DNA of 52,747 nt, filler included, from Sphacelaria rigidula (lineage: Eukaryota): NCBI GenBank assembly GCA_964200075.2. It is 4 parts of 4 records of this genome, joined end to end, with 100 filler letters (N's around TTAATTAATTAA, not from the genome) between each part and the next. Parts side by side here need not be neighbours in the genome. Positions count along the whole stretch, not along the records: positions 13,216 to 26,329 come from CAXNAA020003145.1; positions 26,430 to 39,539 come from CAXNAA020003146.1; 2 more parts are not named here. One strand, 5' to 3'. Shown piece after piece: positions 25,601-38,885 of the stretch (positions are counted from its first letter, which is position 1; the number at the start of each line of letters is the position of its first letter). Below the pieces are notes generated by a model. It was not told the DNA's origin, searched no databases, and was given only the letters and a program-made list of their open reading frames with translations. The position numbers and the translations under genes are program-made.

Positions 25601-25670
25601 CTTAGCCCCCCCAGGCATAACAATGAACCCCCGTCCGACGCCTGCCGCGGACGGTGTACCAGATGATTGA
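13670..25670 (+). CDS. Multi-exon NACHT-type P-loop plus TPR-like protein (NPHP3/TTC41/NWD1-like); 5' end likely off scaffold
   Basis: Six consecutive phase-0 exons: 17260-17385 (ILLLENPDIL...LSWLPPELPEHVK), 17573-17689 (VILTC...), 18113-18208 (...KEKTANIQ), 18572-18766 (FLVQVTEAL...), 19017-19118 and 19506-20069 (VRLSRCGLSPHEI). These match the LxWLP..LP..VRLIxS, NPLFL and SRxGLxxxE motifs. Walker-A-like AVIDQPGTGLTT at ~14834-14869, TPR-like LDRLGETEEAMNLAESAL at ~22525-22580, terminal exon 25529-25670. Confidence 0.75.
20107..20418 (-). mobile_element. Copy of the ~300-bp interspersed repeat, intronic
   Basis: Reverse complement is colinear with 8344-8652. Confidence 0.75.
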
Positions 25671-26071
25671 GCTTTGATGTCACGTCGTGCATTGACCACT
25701 GATAGTAATGTTGTGGATTTCGCCGGTCATGCTACTGTCGCCGACAAGTGCAAGAGGGAAGCTGTGAACCAAAGTACGTGTTTTGGAGCGTTCACGGCGG
25801 AAGAGGACCGACCTGAGCTAGTTGTTGACGCTGTAATATGGCTCCAGTAATTGTTGGACAGGCTGACACCATGTTGTTTCAGACAACGCCGGAGCCATCG
25901 CCCATGCTTCCTGGACTATGTCGCTCGGACGGTCGACGTCACCTCAGGACAAGGCCTTCCCGCTGCTCATGACAACTCTTTTAGAGAGACGGTGACCGTC
26001 ACTGCCACTGGGGACTCCATTACCATTTCTTATTTCGGTTGATGTTTCGCATTTCTGTGTTATAGTGTAAA

Positions 26072-26177
26072 GTGTTGTGTGCTTTGTCGTCCCATCAATT
26101 CTGGACGCCGGTCTACACCTTCCGGTATATGTGGGCGCACCAGCCGGGATCACACAGGAGGAAGGCTAACACAGGAG
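26072..26177 (-). mobile_element. SINE family 1 3' fragment
   Basis: Reverse complement matches 8038-8136. Confidence 0.75.
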
Positions 26178-26223
26178 TTTTTTTCTTTTTTGTTTGTTTT
26201 AATTTTCCAACTTCCTTCTGCGG

Positions 26224-26255
<32 letters not shown>

Positions 26256-26329
26256 TGTTTTATTAGTTTTTTTTTCTTTTTTATTTTTTTCTCTTTTTCG
26301 TCCCTGTCTTTTTTACCTGCCTTTAGGTT

Positions 26330-26429
26330 NNNNNNNNNNNNNNNNNNNNNNNNNNNNNNNNNNNNNNNNNNNNTTAATTAATTAANNNNNNNNNNNNNNN
26401 NNNNNNNNNNNNNNNNNNNNNNNNNNNNN
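26330..26429. other. Artificial scaffold spacer
   Basis: 44N-TTAATTAATTAA-44N. Confidence 0.97.
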
Positions 26430-27529
26430 GGATCACACGGTTACTTGATCCCAGTATTGGAGCGGGGGATCATTTTCGTCATTAATAGTATTGATATTGA
26501 TATTGATATTGATGATGATGATGATGAATAGGAGTTGTTGGGGTTGTTGGGGGTGAATTATTTATTTTTTGGGAAAAAAGAAGACAATATTCAATGATTT
26601 TGATAGAGTGCTCTCATGATAATAAGAGAGTGGTATATATTGTGTTCACTTTTTCCACAAAATAAACAATCCACCCCCAACATCCCAACCATCCATCCTT
26701 TAACAATCTTCAATTAATCATAAAGTAATCAATTATATTCTATTGTATTATAGACGCAAAGCGGGCATACATGCAATATATGGAGTAGTTCTACGGTAGG
26801 GATGCACATTTTTATTTTTTAGGGGGGTCTTCGCTGTAGAAGCCTCTCGGCGACAAATACATGGGCCTTAGTATGCAGCCTCAGAAAATGTTTGGACTGG
26901 AAAGTGCACCCCCACCACAGAATCGCTCTTTGGGAGGTTGTATCATAGGTGGAGTCATCCCTTTTTCGTTCATTTTTTCTTCTTCATTTGTGCACGAGGG
27001 AGGTGTTGAAAGGGGGCATGACTGGCCGAGTAAACCCGGCGGGTAATACGTCGTGGGTTGGTCCCTGCTCGCCTCCAAACTAGCCATTTGATGACATTTT
27101 GGACACTAACGCTAACGCTAACGCTATTTCTACATCTAAACCTAGCCCAACGTATACCCAGAACCCTCGGGCAAAGACGTGTGCAGATGTTGCCCTAGGC
27201 AAAGTGTGTGTTGGTAGACCTCGACCCTTTTGGAACCGTTGATGTGGAAAAGTGACGATTTACAAACTCCCACATGCGAGCTTTCGTCGCCCGGAAAACG
27301 TAAGATCGAGTTCGGTGCACGAATCTGTCACGTTGTTGTATACTTGAACTTGGAGTGGTGCACCGTTTCGGGGGGTTGCAGCATCAACACTCGCTGTAAA
27401 ACAACAACCATATCTTGCCCAAGAAAACGTCAATTGTAAATCGTCACTTTTCCATCAACGGTTCCAGAAGGGTTGAATCGACCGCCTAGAGGCGCCGATT
27501 TTGACAAGATACCTGTAGCGTTTTGCGCA

Positions 27530-27837
27530 CAACCATGTGTTCGTGAGATTGAGAGACGAAACGCGATTGAGATTGAAAAGCGTTCATTTAGTGAATGAAT
27601 CGTTTCAGTTCCGAAATGTCTCTCCACGAGGCCCGATGTGCTTTCTGCAGTAGCTTGCCACTGAGGCCCTTGATATCCCTGAGTAGGATATCGACGTGTA
27701 GCAAGCTAGCTGTAAGCACACGCTTATGATGGAGGTAAAGAAAATCACAACCGGGATGAAAAATTGGCTAAGTAAAAGCGAATGACCAAAGCGACTCTCG
27801 ATCAGCGCTCTATTCTCAAACTCACCAAAACGTTGTT
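27530..27837. mobile_element. ~290-bp MITE copy (TTCGTGAGATTGAG family)
   Basis: Homologous to 10540-10833 (inverted) and 49448-49740. Confidence 0.8.
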
Positions 27838-27875
27838 GCACGCGAGGAGTACTCGGGACTGTTAGCCCCACGGGG

Positions 27876-28083
27876 CCCTTGGATGACGGTAGTAGCCTGT
27901 CGTCTGTTGAATCGTCATTAATTTCACTTCGAACAAATGTGCATGATCCAGGGGGACTACCCTCCCTGTCTGAGGCTTAACCCGTAGACCGCGAAGGTAC
28001 TACAGTCCATCTGTATGATGCATCCTGTTTTCAAGTGATATTGATGACGATTCAACAAATGGCGTACTCTCGCCGTCTAAGGG
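27876..28083. mobile_element. 208-bp MITE with ~58-bp TIRs starting CCCTT (piggyBac-like)
   Basis: CCCTTGGATGACG...GTTGAATCGTCATTAATTTCACTT pairs with AAGTGATATTGATGACGATTCAAC...CGTCTAAGGG. A related end, TTAA|CCCTTAGACG, is at 29007-29025. Confidence 0.65.
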
Positions 28084-30390
28084 TTGTTAGGGCCCCTTTT
28101 TATCTAACGGATTTTTCCCTTTTTCAAAATCCCGTTTTAACAGAGGATGGGCCCCATGACGGCCGGTCTTAGGTCCTATCGTGAAGCAGTATTGGACAGA
28201 CCGAAACCGAGATCTGCAAGCAGCTCAGACATGCGGCGGGTCTGGAAGTGGTCGTTAGTCCAACATCTCTGTAATGCTACAGACAAGACGCAACAAGGCA
28301 ACACAACACCTACACACCCCGCCCGTGAAAAAACATGAACAGGCACCCACCACTCATGCGCATTAGTTCCACCGCTAGCTCTTGCTAATCAACAAACGGC
28401 AGTCCTTGTTTGACGGGAATCCGTTCTGTATTGGACGAATGGCGGCCGCGTGCGTGTCAGAAACAACCGAAAACGTGTCGTTGCTGACCGCTTGTGAGCG
28501 TGTGCTGTGCGCGCGCCTCACACAAATCATCATTCCTCAATGAGATCCGAACAGATTTGAGTAAGGTCACGCACAACGTGCACAGCTAATGAGCAGTTAC
28601 GACTCAAGCTGTGTATTTTTGGTTTGCGGGGGCACCAAGTGCCTCAGATTCAGCTCTGATTGTGTTGGGATGTGTGGTAAGCCTTTGCATGTGCCCCGGT
28701 CAACGGGATATGTATGTTCCAGTTCGACGTGCCCGGAAATCCTCTTTTCAAAAGGGGATTTCAGGAAATGTTTTTTTGTTTTAGCATTTCTGAAATCCCC
28801 TCAAAAATGGGGATTGCTGCGCACATTTTTGGGATTTTTTTCGGGAGGGGGGGGGGTGGTATTGCAGCGACCAATCAGCAGTCGTTTTTCCAAAAAGGGA
28901 TTTTGAAAAACGGAGAAAATTCCTACAATAACAAGGACCCTTTTTCTCAAGATCCAAATTTCGGTGTTCACACTCAACTAAAAAATAACATTCCGGGAAA
29001 GTTCTTTTAACCCTTAGACGACGAGCGTCGCCTCGGAACAGTTGTACAGGCGCACAGTCCCGAGACATCCGGGGGTTTCCAGTCCTCGGGGGGAGGGGGG
29101 GGGGCGGGGGGGGGTATGTTCGCAGAGTACCGCAGAAGCCCACGAAGCCAATCATGCGTGTTTGGAAGTTTCCCGCGGAAAATTATGGGCCGTGCAAGGG
29201 GCTCGAGAGGCGCGGTATGACCAGTCTGACCAATCACGGTCGTCAAAATGAGCACTTTTGTAACGTTTCCACAAGACTGCTGTAAGACTGGTTCCGTCGT
29301 CAAGCATGAAAGCTCATTATCGTCACCTGAAATCAACCATAGATTACATATGTAAAAAAGCATGTGTTGCTGAGTATCTGTATCTTCAGTGATGCCTGAG
29401 CTTCGTACTACGTGCATACCTCATCTGGTATACAACGTAATGGCGCAACACGCGAGCCCTCACCACGAGTATCCAGTGCGCATTGCGGTTGACGCCCACG
29501 TCTACGGAAATATGACTGCTATTGCGGACCAGATATTGGAGGTTTGCTGCCCACGATTCAAAGGCGGCGGATCGTGTTGCCCAGTGAGAATTCTCAGTAA
29601 CAATAGCCCAAGTGAAGCTGCGCCGATGAGCGCGGCACGTGCTGTAAGGCGTGTTCGCAGCGGTAGTCATGGTGCAAAACCACACACGCACGCTGCGTAC
29701 CCTCAACAGGTGCAAGCCTGTAAGGTCTAGTACGCTGTAGAAGGTACGTTGAGCTGCGGCACAAAACACTACAGACTGCTGCTGCTGTGTACAATTATAC
29801 AGAGTAATAATCTAATAATATCAGTACTTCAGATTCCATACCACTACTGCCCTGTCTGCAGGTGCCTGTGTCATGACTCTCACAACTATGTGCCTCGTAT
29901 GCACCTCCAGGCCCTTATGCCGTAAAGTAGGCATTGTGATTTGTGACAAAAGAATGATTCTGAACCCAAAAAGTGGATAGCCTTACCCAGTCTTCCAGCG
30001 GGGGGGTCGCGATCAAAGGGTCAAGGAATCATTCTACTCGTATGGACCTGTAAACCCTGGTGTGTTGATCTGGGTCTCCGATTTTTTTATAAGTGATACT
30101 AAGAATAATAACTATGTCACATACTTACCCGCACCCTGGTGTTCGAAGTGGCCACCAAACAGTCGCATGGTTTAAAGGGTCGAAAGGTTGAGAGGGAGAG
30201 AGACCCGCTATATCCGAAACGGCTCGACGTGACAACAGTTGAACCAGAAAAGTCATTAGTCTTGTTTTCTTGTTCTTGTTTGTTTGTCCGTCCATCCGTC
30301 CGTCCGTCTGTTGATTGCTTTTTTATTTCTTCATTTTTATGTTCGATTTTTGACTCTTTCGTTTTCATTTTTTTCGTCTGGTGTTTGATT

Positions 30391-30424
<34 letters not shown>

Positions 30425-30514
30425 TTCATTCCTAAATGTCTTGATTCTTGATTTTTTTCGCTCGTTTCCTCCACTTTTTTTTTTTCCCGTTTTACTGCTG
30501 TCCCATTCTCCAAG

Positions 30515-31524
30515 GGTGAAATTCACCCGTGAGGCCGTGACCGACGGAGAGACGTTGAGGCTCATCTCCGAGTCTGCTTCTGGGCAGGTGAAGAAGGTCA
30601 CCCAAGGTTCGAGTGGGTGAGTCCACGGCGATATGTGTCACGCAAAACCAGCAATGTTGCTTGATTTGAGTTACAGTACTAGGTTTGTTTGTACATGAGT
30701 TTTCCTACTGTACGTGAAAGTCATGCGGCAGGGGGCCTGTCGTTTTTTTCATTTTTTTTATTTCTTCACGTTGGAATCGGTACTAGATTTTTACCCTTTG
30801 ACCGCCAGCCCCTCCCCTTTTTTTTCATTCATCGAGCTCGAAAAATCATGTCCAGCTGAAGAGATCGATTCGCCCTTTCTTGGCAGCGGAAGGGTTGACT
30901 TTCACACGTCGGACAGATCATGATCCGTCTGAAAATTACTTCCTCTCATTGTACTGATCCAGGTCATGATCCGGATCATTTGGTACCCCCTTTCTCCATG
31001 TTTGCTCCCTACAGCGCCGGACGCCGAGCACACTGAGTACCGCTTTTCTGACTCCGCGGTCACATATTTTGTGTGTTTGGACCAACGAATCGGACACTTC
31101 CTACGATAGCACCCCCACCAAAAAGTGCATGGTTTGGGGAGGCAAAATCTTCACATAAACTCGAGTGGAAAAAGCCGAGCACTACGGGCAGCTGGGAATT
31201 TCCATGCTTGGGTTCGTTCTCGCCGATATCGCCCATATGATGCGCTTCATGCAGCCTGAACCCCAACGTCAGGCGCTGTTTGTCGATATTTCTCGCGACA
31301 CTTTTGGGCTGGTTTTGAGGGGGGGCTATCGTAGAAAGTGTCATCCGAGAGTCTTCTTTGATTAGTTATTTCAGTCGGATCATCATCTGTCCGACGTGTG
31401 GTTGACTTGAGCCGGCGTCGTTTTTGTTGGTTTCTCTCGCTTGTTTCTCTTTTGACTTGAAACTGACTAAAAATTATACTGATTCACCAAAGCAAGAATC
31501 GGCACTAGGTTCCCAAAGAGTTGA

Positions 31525-31577
<53 letters not shown>

Positions 31578-34500
31578 TTTTTTCTTTTTTTTCTTCTTTT
31601 TTTTTTTTGTTTTTTTTTGTTTTTTTTTTTTTATCNNNNNNNNNNAAATTTTTCTTTTTCCCCAAAACAAAAACTGCCGTTGTTTTCCCAAAAAGTTTAT
31701 TCCCCCCCCCCCCCCCCCGCGCGCGCCCGCACGTACACACTTTTTCTTTTTTTCAGCGAGCTGTTCCGTTATGTTTACCTTGGGTACGTCTATCTATTGG
31801 ATAATGACCAATCACGACTGTGTTCCTCGGGGATCATTTATGTGGGTAATGTCAATCAATTAATCAATCAAATAGGTGTTCCTCTTCCCGTGCCCTGCAT
31901 CACTGCTGGTGATCCATTGAACGCAACTTTGTTGTCGTGCACACCACTGCACCACTGCTGCGCTACAACGCCACCAGGTTGGACGTGGACAAGTTCTTAT
32001 CGAGCATTCAGGAGCGCTATACTTCCAGCGGCGACGATGGCTCATCGGCGGATGACTTCAATTGGTCGCTTCTCGGGGTGATGCAAAAAAAAAGAAGCCG
32101 AAACATCTGCCGCACGAACTTGTTGAGCTTTTGTGCTTTTTTTTATACGTCGGATTCTAGCCTAATTACAGGAACGAACGCAATCAACTAAAATATCACT
32201 AAAATGAAAATAAGAAAATATGCGCCAAGGAAAACATTAGAAGTCCTATTAAAGTCGAATAGACATTTTAGGTATAATAGTTCATGAGCTGTCTGACGTG
32301 TGGACTTTTTTTTCGCTTCATTTTTCGAGGGTGAGTTGGGTGTAGGGTAGGTACCCTCAGTTTCCGTCCAGTGGATGTCTGTGATACCGAGTACGCTAGT
32401 AGAGTATGTACCTGGTGTAGAGTGCCGAACCCAAGGGTATCCTGGGTCTTCGAAGGGTATTCGAAGTTGCCGAGTACTTGGGGGGTACACACAGGGGTAC
32501 CGTCGGGCATCAGATAACGTACGGGTCGTGCATGTGCCCAACCCTTGGGCAGCTCCCCCCTCTTTTTTTATTTTTATGCTTGTTTTTTGTTTTTAACTAT
32601 TGATTTTTTGTTCCTATTTCTAATTTTTTATTTTTAATGTTTTTTTTTTTAATTTCTTGGTTTTGTTCTATTTTGTATCCTTAGTTTTCTATCATGTGTA
32701 TGTACGTACATACTATTAACGTGCCTGTGTCTGCTGTTTTGTTTTCACAGTCGGCTGTGGCGCAGGTGTACTGGAGTGTACCACAAGGCGGTGGGTTCAT
32801 GTTGGGGCCTTTGGATAAGCCTGCCAAGGGACCACGAGCACAGAACAGAAAGAGGGACAGACCAACAGACGTGGGTGTGCAGTTTAGTACGTTTTCTTTG
32901 TGTCGGTGTAGTGTGTTTCGTGTGTCTTGACGGGTTTGTTTGTACACTTGTGAGGCGTTCGATGTGGCCGTGGCGCGCTTTCTCGCAGTGCACCGTTTGA
33001 AAGCGAGAGACGTTGATGGGTTGAGCGAACGACGGACCCGAGTTGGACCCTGCATCACCGTGCGCTTTTCACTTTTTACTAAAAGGTCACCTGCTTGTGT
33101 ACGGCTCCCTATCTGAACATGATCTCTCTCTCTTTCTCTGAATCCCAGCCCTGGACCCCAAGGATGGAGCTTACAGTATAGAGCCGCGGAGCCGTTTTGG
33201 CTCTGCTGAGCACTGGCTACCGTACAGGTTCCCGCACCGTTCCTACTGCTACTTCATACTGAACCGTACTGGCTCTTACCAGGCTGATTGAATACATGCC
33301 CCAGAATCTACGTTTGATATCTATGTCCAATACACAGTCTGCACACCTTTGTGTGTGTTTGGCATGTTGGACAGCAGCTCATGAGACACCTAGCTACATT
33401 ATCATTACTTATTCGTGCATTGGTCCGGATCATGAGCTAGTTCATTCGACCCCTGCTCCCCATATATTGCACAGGCACCGTACGTACCCGGTACCGGTAT
33501 TTGGGACAGATCATACCTTACCGATACCGACCCAATCCGGTGTTTTCAAATGTCATACCTACGATACCAGGGTATTTCGAGGCTTCAATACCTACCGTAC
33601 CCGCCCAATCCGGTATTTTGAAATCTCATANNNNNNNNNNCGCATACCACGGTATGGGATACCCCGCTAAATACCGGTGGTGCGCTCGGTACGGTACTTT
33701 ACCTACGGTGCCAGTGATATATTGCTCTCTTGAGCGCTGGACGTCGAGCGCGTGGAGTAGTAGTAGCGCAAAAGTTGCGCTTTGGTTTCTCTGCCCCAGC
33801 GATCATGTATGTTGTGTTTTTGGACCAACGGATTTGATAATCCTCTTTGCGTCGTTATGTCGGGTAACTCATGAGCTGTCCGATGTCTGGTATGTTTGGA
33901 CACGGTGAGTGTGGAGGATGACAGTCGCAGAAAATGCCGCGTGGGACACATGCCGTAAGACACAAACAGCCACCTTTATCTCAAGGTTGATCCGATTCGA
34001 TTTGACTTGATTTCATTTCATACGATTGGGTTGGATCGGATGGGATTGCAGTGGAGCGCAGTGGATTTGGTCCGATTGAGTTGGATTGGATCATTGATAG
34101 ATTCATTGATTGCCGCACTTAACGGATCCATTTATAAAATTTTTTTGCTCTGTCTGCACGTGTTGAAAAAAATAAAAGAAGAAAAAAAAAACTGTGTTGA
34201 GTTGTTTGAATTTTGTTCGGTATCCATTCATCCAAGAAAAAGAAAAAAAACGTGTTGTAAAAAAATGTTGTCCAGGATGACGCAGAGGAAGTGCGGCCAG
34301 AGTCACAGGCACCCAAGGTGGGCAAGACCAACAAAACCGGCAAGGACGACACGGAGAAGCGTATCTTCAGGATGAGGGTATGTGTCAATTTTGATCTATT
34401 TCTGATGCGATCTGATGCGATCCGTTATGATTTTCTGGATTGCTCGAAATCAGAAGCAAACATCGATGACAATCTGAGGGATTATCTATCTTTGGTTTAA

Positions 34501-37242
34501 ATGAAAAAAAACTGTAGAGTACAAGGCGCAGTTAATTCAGGCTTGTTCGTACCCGCTTATGTTGGTTCCCACCCCGCAGCGTGAATACCAATGAGATAGC
34601 GGGAAATGATGTTGGACTGCCGGGGCGTCGCTGCGTTGAACTATGATTTCTTCACGGCAGAAGTTGCACAGGCGTATCGGGTACTCGTAGGGTATACCCG
34701 ATACTGTTTTTTTTTTTTCTCAAGTGGAGATCCGACCCATGCCCACAGCAGCAGCCAATCCAGTGCTGTTGTTCCATTCCCTAAACCTCATACAAATCAT
34801 AGTGATTGACGTAGTCAAGTGATACGTGACTTCTCAACATACCGAAATATCGGGTACATACCACTTCATTCTCCGTTCTCATGAAATAACACGGGATTTC
34901 AACAATTGAGGATACATATTTTTTCGAGGATGAGGCCGTTTCTTATGGCAAACGAAAATGAAAATCTGGGAAAGTGCATACCCTAGACAACAGAATACAC
35001 AGTCAAAAAGTGTACTGCGTACAGTATCGACTACTGCGCCTATTGCAATAGATGGCATATTCCATACTGTACGCAGTACATTTTTTGATAATATAATCCC
35101 TTGTCCAGGGTGCGGAAAAGTGCCTCTGTGAAACGCTTCTACGTCGTTTTACGCCCTAAGAGAGAGCTCGGCGGGTTTTTACACCTCGGAATGCCTTGCT
35201 GTGCTCATTGAGACTATTTCAGCACACCCGTGAGTTTTTCCGGTGGCCCCGCTTTTTTTCTTGACCAAACTTGCATTTTTCTCGGAGACCAGTCGCGTCG
35301 AGCAAAGGTCCCGAGATTTGTGTGGACTTGAGCGATCTCCGACAGTAACGCAAGTTTGGCCAAGAAAAAAATTGCGGCCACCGAAAAAGCGCACGGATGT
35401 GCAAGAACTGCCCCAACGAGCACAGCAAGGCATTCATTCTATGGTGTCAAAATCCGGCTGGCTCTCTTTCAGAGACGTGAAACGATGTAGGAGCTCCACA
35501 AGGCAGTTTTCCAGATTTGTACTCTTGTTTGTCATCAGAAGCGGCCTGAGCGAGGCCACACATTACGGCCGGATGGTGGACTTGCATTTTGTTTTCGAGG
35601 ATATTTCGATGTCTATGAAGGTTCCCAAGGTTTATTCTGAAAATAATAATCCATCCTCAATGTGTAAAATCCTGTGTCTGAATGGTCGACCTGTGGCGAC
35701 AAAGAATGGATGAATCGCAGCCGTGATTTTTCCCCCCCCGAAGCCAAAGCGGACATTGGGAAGGGAAACGCCGACCATCTGAGAGGCGGTCTGACGCCCA
35801 GGGGGTACGATAATGACGCAAGATGTCGGCCGTCAAACTTCTCGAAAGCTGACTGACGTATGGGGAAAAAAACACTCGTGTTTTGTTTGTTTTCGTTCAT
35901 TTGGTTTTGTATTGAAATTCTTCAACCATCAGGGTGGGCCATGTATGTACCTGTTCAATCAGCATTTGTGTTCGGATTGGAAAATGATTTTTATAAAAAA
36001 GACCCGGACGATTTCGCCACTGTGTCGGACAGGAGGTTCAATTCAACATCAAGCGTCGCCAGTTCACTGGCCCGCTGCTTCGAAAATAGCCAGCCGTGGT
36101 CGGTCACGAAATACTGTATTTACTCTGTGCCATGAGTAAAATCGGTTATGGGGAGCAGATCGTATATCGCCAACGTAGTTGCCCACGATGCTATAGTCAG
36201 GTTTTCTGAAAAGCTGTTGATGTGCTGATGCTCTCAAAAAAAAAAAATCTTGACCGAAATTAATGAGAATTAGTGGGTCGAAACTTGGCCAATTTCGACC
36301 ACATTTTACCATTTTCGGCAGAATTTCGACTTTTCCCCCCCCTCTTTTGTAACCAAATGGAGGTAGCTATGTGACCCAGTGGTTTTGGGCGAGGCGTGGG
36401 TATCGTACAAAGCTGATGAATCGGAAGCATGTGGTTATTTCGACGTTTTTTCGCGATTTTTGGAGTTTAGGGGGGTTTCCAATTTCTTCGCTGTTTTCCA
36501 AAAACGGGCAAAATACGGCCTTTTGGGGGGGGCGACTGATATTTTCGGCCGTTCATGCATGCATGAAGGTGCGCGCAGAAGAGAAAGAAGATTTCGAATT
36601 TGAATAAAAAAACATCAAAGATTTATCAAGAAAATATCGCCTGTTGCATCGGTGACGGTTAAGGGTCTGTGTAGTCATAACGGACCATACGTATGGCACA
36701 GAAGAAGCATATACGTGTGATGCCGCGATGGCTCTCCCCAGAAAAATAGCTGGCTTGAGGAGGCAAAATCTCCATGTAAACCAAAATGACAAAAGCCGAG
36801 CGCACCGAGCAGCTGGGAACTCTCATCCTTGGTATCGTTTCCGCCGATATCGCCCATATGAGGGGCTTCACGAAATCTGGAACCAGCCATCATGCGCTGT
36901 ACGGCCATTTTTTTCGTTACAGTTTTGGGGCTGTTTTTTTTTTTTGGGGGGGGGGGGGGTTATTGCGGCGTCACTCATTCGCACCTAAGGTGAAAACGTG
37001 CCCGATATATATATATTTTTCCGTTTCATGATCAACCATCAAGGAAATGGTCAAGTCATTGTTCAGTGTGTAAAGATGATGTTTTCCCTCCTGTGTATCT
37101 TGGCACCCCGTCCCGTGTCCCGCGTCCCGCGTCCGTCCGTGTTTGCACGCCTCGGCGGCAGAGTCACTGCAAGGCGAAAGACAAGCTGAACAAGCAGCAG
37201 GACATGTTCGAGACCCTTTTCAACCCGGATTCGTTCACCCAG
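30515..37242 (+). CDS. NSE4: SMC5/6 complex kleisin subunit Nse4 (NSMCE4/EID family), internal exons only
   Basis: Phase-compatible exons 30515-30616 (VKFTREAVTDGETL...), 31978-32077 (LDVDKFLSSI...FNWSLLG), 32751-32870 (...GFMLGPLDKPAK.R), 34276-34377 (VRPE...DDTEKRI) and 37162-37242 (...LFNPDSFTQ). The REAxxD, WxxLG, FMLGPL and NPxSFxQ motifs are characteristic of Nse4. First and last exons not found. Confidence 0.9.
31093..31342. mobile_element. 250-bp MITE, TIR GACACTT(T/C)CTACGATAGC(A/C)CCCC
   Basis: Near-perfect ~22-bp TIRs; other copies at ~36730-36972, 43573-43832 and a single end at 52646-52680. Confidence 0.85.
33470..33716. mobile_element. MITE with 8-bp TSD (hAT/P-type), GGTAC-rich interior
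   Basis: TIRs CACAGGCACCGTA / TACGGTGCCAGTG, with a perfect TSD ATATATTG at 33462-33469 and 33717-33724. Confidence 0.9.
34977..35114. mobile_element. Hairpin MITE, TIR CA(C/T)ACCCT(G/A)GACAA, 8-bp TSD
   Basis: TSD GGAAAGTG / GAAAAGTG; same TIR family as 41397-41566 and 42135-42327. Confidence 0.8.
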
Positions 37243-38469
37243 GTGCGTTATTTATTGCATCAAGTGCAGTGTGTATGGTTACAGCCTCTACTGATTCGAC
37301 CCGCTTACTACTGACCCTGCATTACGGAACGATTTACTGTTGTCGTCACTTCTGTATCACTGTATCACTCCTCAGTACGTGGTCTCAAGGGATCCATCAA
37401 CCCGTCTCTCCCTCGGTATGTATGCTGCGTCTCGAAAGGGATGCGTGGTCAATGGTCAAACAACTAAGGCCAGCACCAAATGAAGTCCCCCCCCCCCCCC
37501 CCCCCACCCCCCACCTACACCCCACACCTTTTCTCATTTCTCTCTACTAATTTTNNNNNNNNNNCTCCTGATGTTTGCTGCGTTGCGAAAGGTGTGCGTG
37601 GTCAATCGTCAAACAACTTAGGCCCACACCAAATGAAGTCCCCCCCCCCCCCGATACAGTATACACCTCACATCTTCGTTTCGCGGATTCGATCGTCATC
37701 CTGGCCCTGTCAATCCCGGGACGGTCATCCTCCAACCCCAGCTTGGGCTATGGTCATGCTCGTCACCCTGGGGGTTGGCACCCAACGCCCACAATTTGTC
37801 AGTCCATTTGCTTGTCCCAAGCCGTGCATCTGCAAGGCTTATCAACTCCAAGCTGTAAACCTACATGCCATTTGTCCTGGGTAAGATATAGACCGTGCTC
37901 ATCGTCCTCGAGTGCTGTTTATTGTAGGGTGATTTATTTATTTCATTCATTTTATTTCTAATTTATTTATATATTACTTCTTGTTTCTTGTTCTTGTTCT
38001 TGTTCTTACTATTCTGTCTTGGGTAAGATATAGACCGCGCCCATCGTCCTCGAGTGCTGTTTACTGTAGGGTGTTTCAATATTTCATATACATGATGCAT
38101 TTTCCTTTTTTTCTCAATCCACTCTGTTCGTCTATTCTACCTCTCCATTTTTTTTTTCTTCACTTTTCTCTAGCGAGTGTTTCAGTGTTGTGTTTTTGTC
38201 ACGGGTACGTCTATATGTCGATGATGACCACGGCTGGACCCCTGGTGTATCATCAGTTGAAAGTGCGACAGTCAATCAGTGGAATCAATCAATCAAATGA
38301 TGCAATTGCAGGAATCAAATGTCTCCGAAATATGTCGAGTTTTTCTTTTTTTCGGGAGGAGGGGGGGGGGGGGGGGGGGGGGGCGGTGTGTTTTGTTTTG
38401 GGTGGTTTTGCCTTTAGCCACGCTCCCCTTTTTTACCGGAACACTGTCCTTCTTTGGGTAANNNNNNNN

Positions 38470-38482
38470 CCTTTTTTTTTTT

Positions 38483-38521
<39 letters not shown>

Positions 38522-38885
38522 TTGTTTTGTTTTGTGTTTTTTTTTGTTTTGGTACTCATCTGTTGCTTGCAGTCGTTTGACCATTGACCACGCATCCCTT
38601 TCTAGACGGAAAACCGTTCCTACTCGTGATAAATAGACCTCCAACATTTAGGTGCTCATGGCGTTTTTTCCCATACGTTACACAAAAACCTTTCACAAAT
38701 CTTATCCCCGTCCTTTTTTCGCCGTCTGTGGCCACCACCTTTCTCCTAGTATAGCCATCGTTTTTAGGCTACTGTCTCATGCATCAAACGATTTCATGCG
38801 ACCTTCCTTCATGTCCCGCATTTCCCCCTCTAACACGTCCCGTTCCTCCTTGTGTAGTTCACATTCTGCCACTACTTGGTCACGT
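38470..38885 (-). mobile_element. LINE (non-LTR) ORF2 3' end fragment with A-rich tail
   Basis: Minus frame RDQVVAECELHKEERDVL...ILGERWWP...FLCNVWEKR...RKGCVVNG resembles the CCHC-knuckle C-terminus of LINE ORF2; poly(A) on the - strand at 38472-38550. Short 3' copies at 37423-37510, 37577-37652, 39655-39710 and 52682-52747. Confidence 0.65.

Noticed and set aside
28190..28275. GQTETEICKQLR as the NSE4 first exon
   Set aside because: In-frame stops lie immediately upstream, and there is no start codon or compatible splice path.
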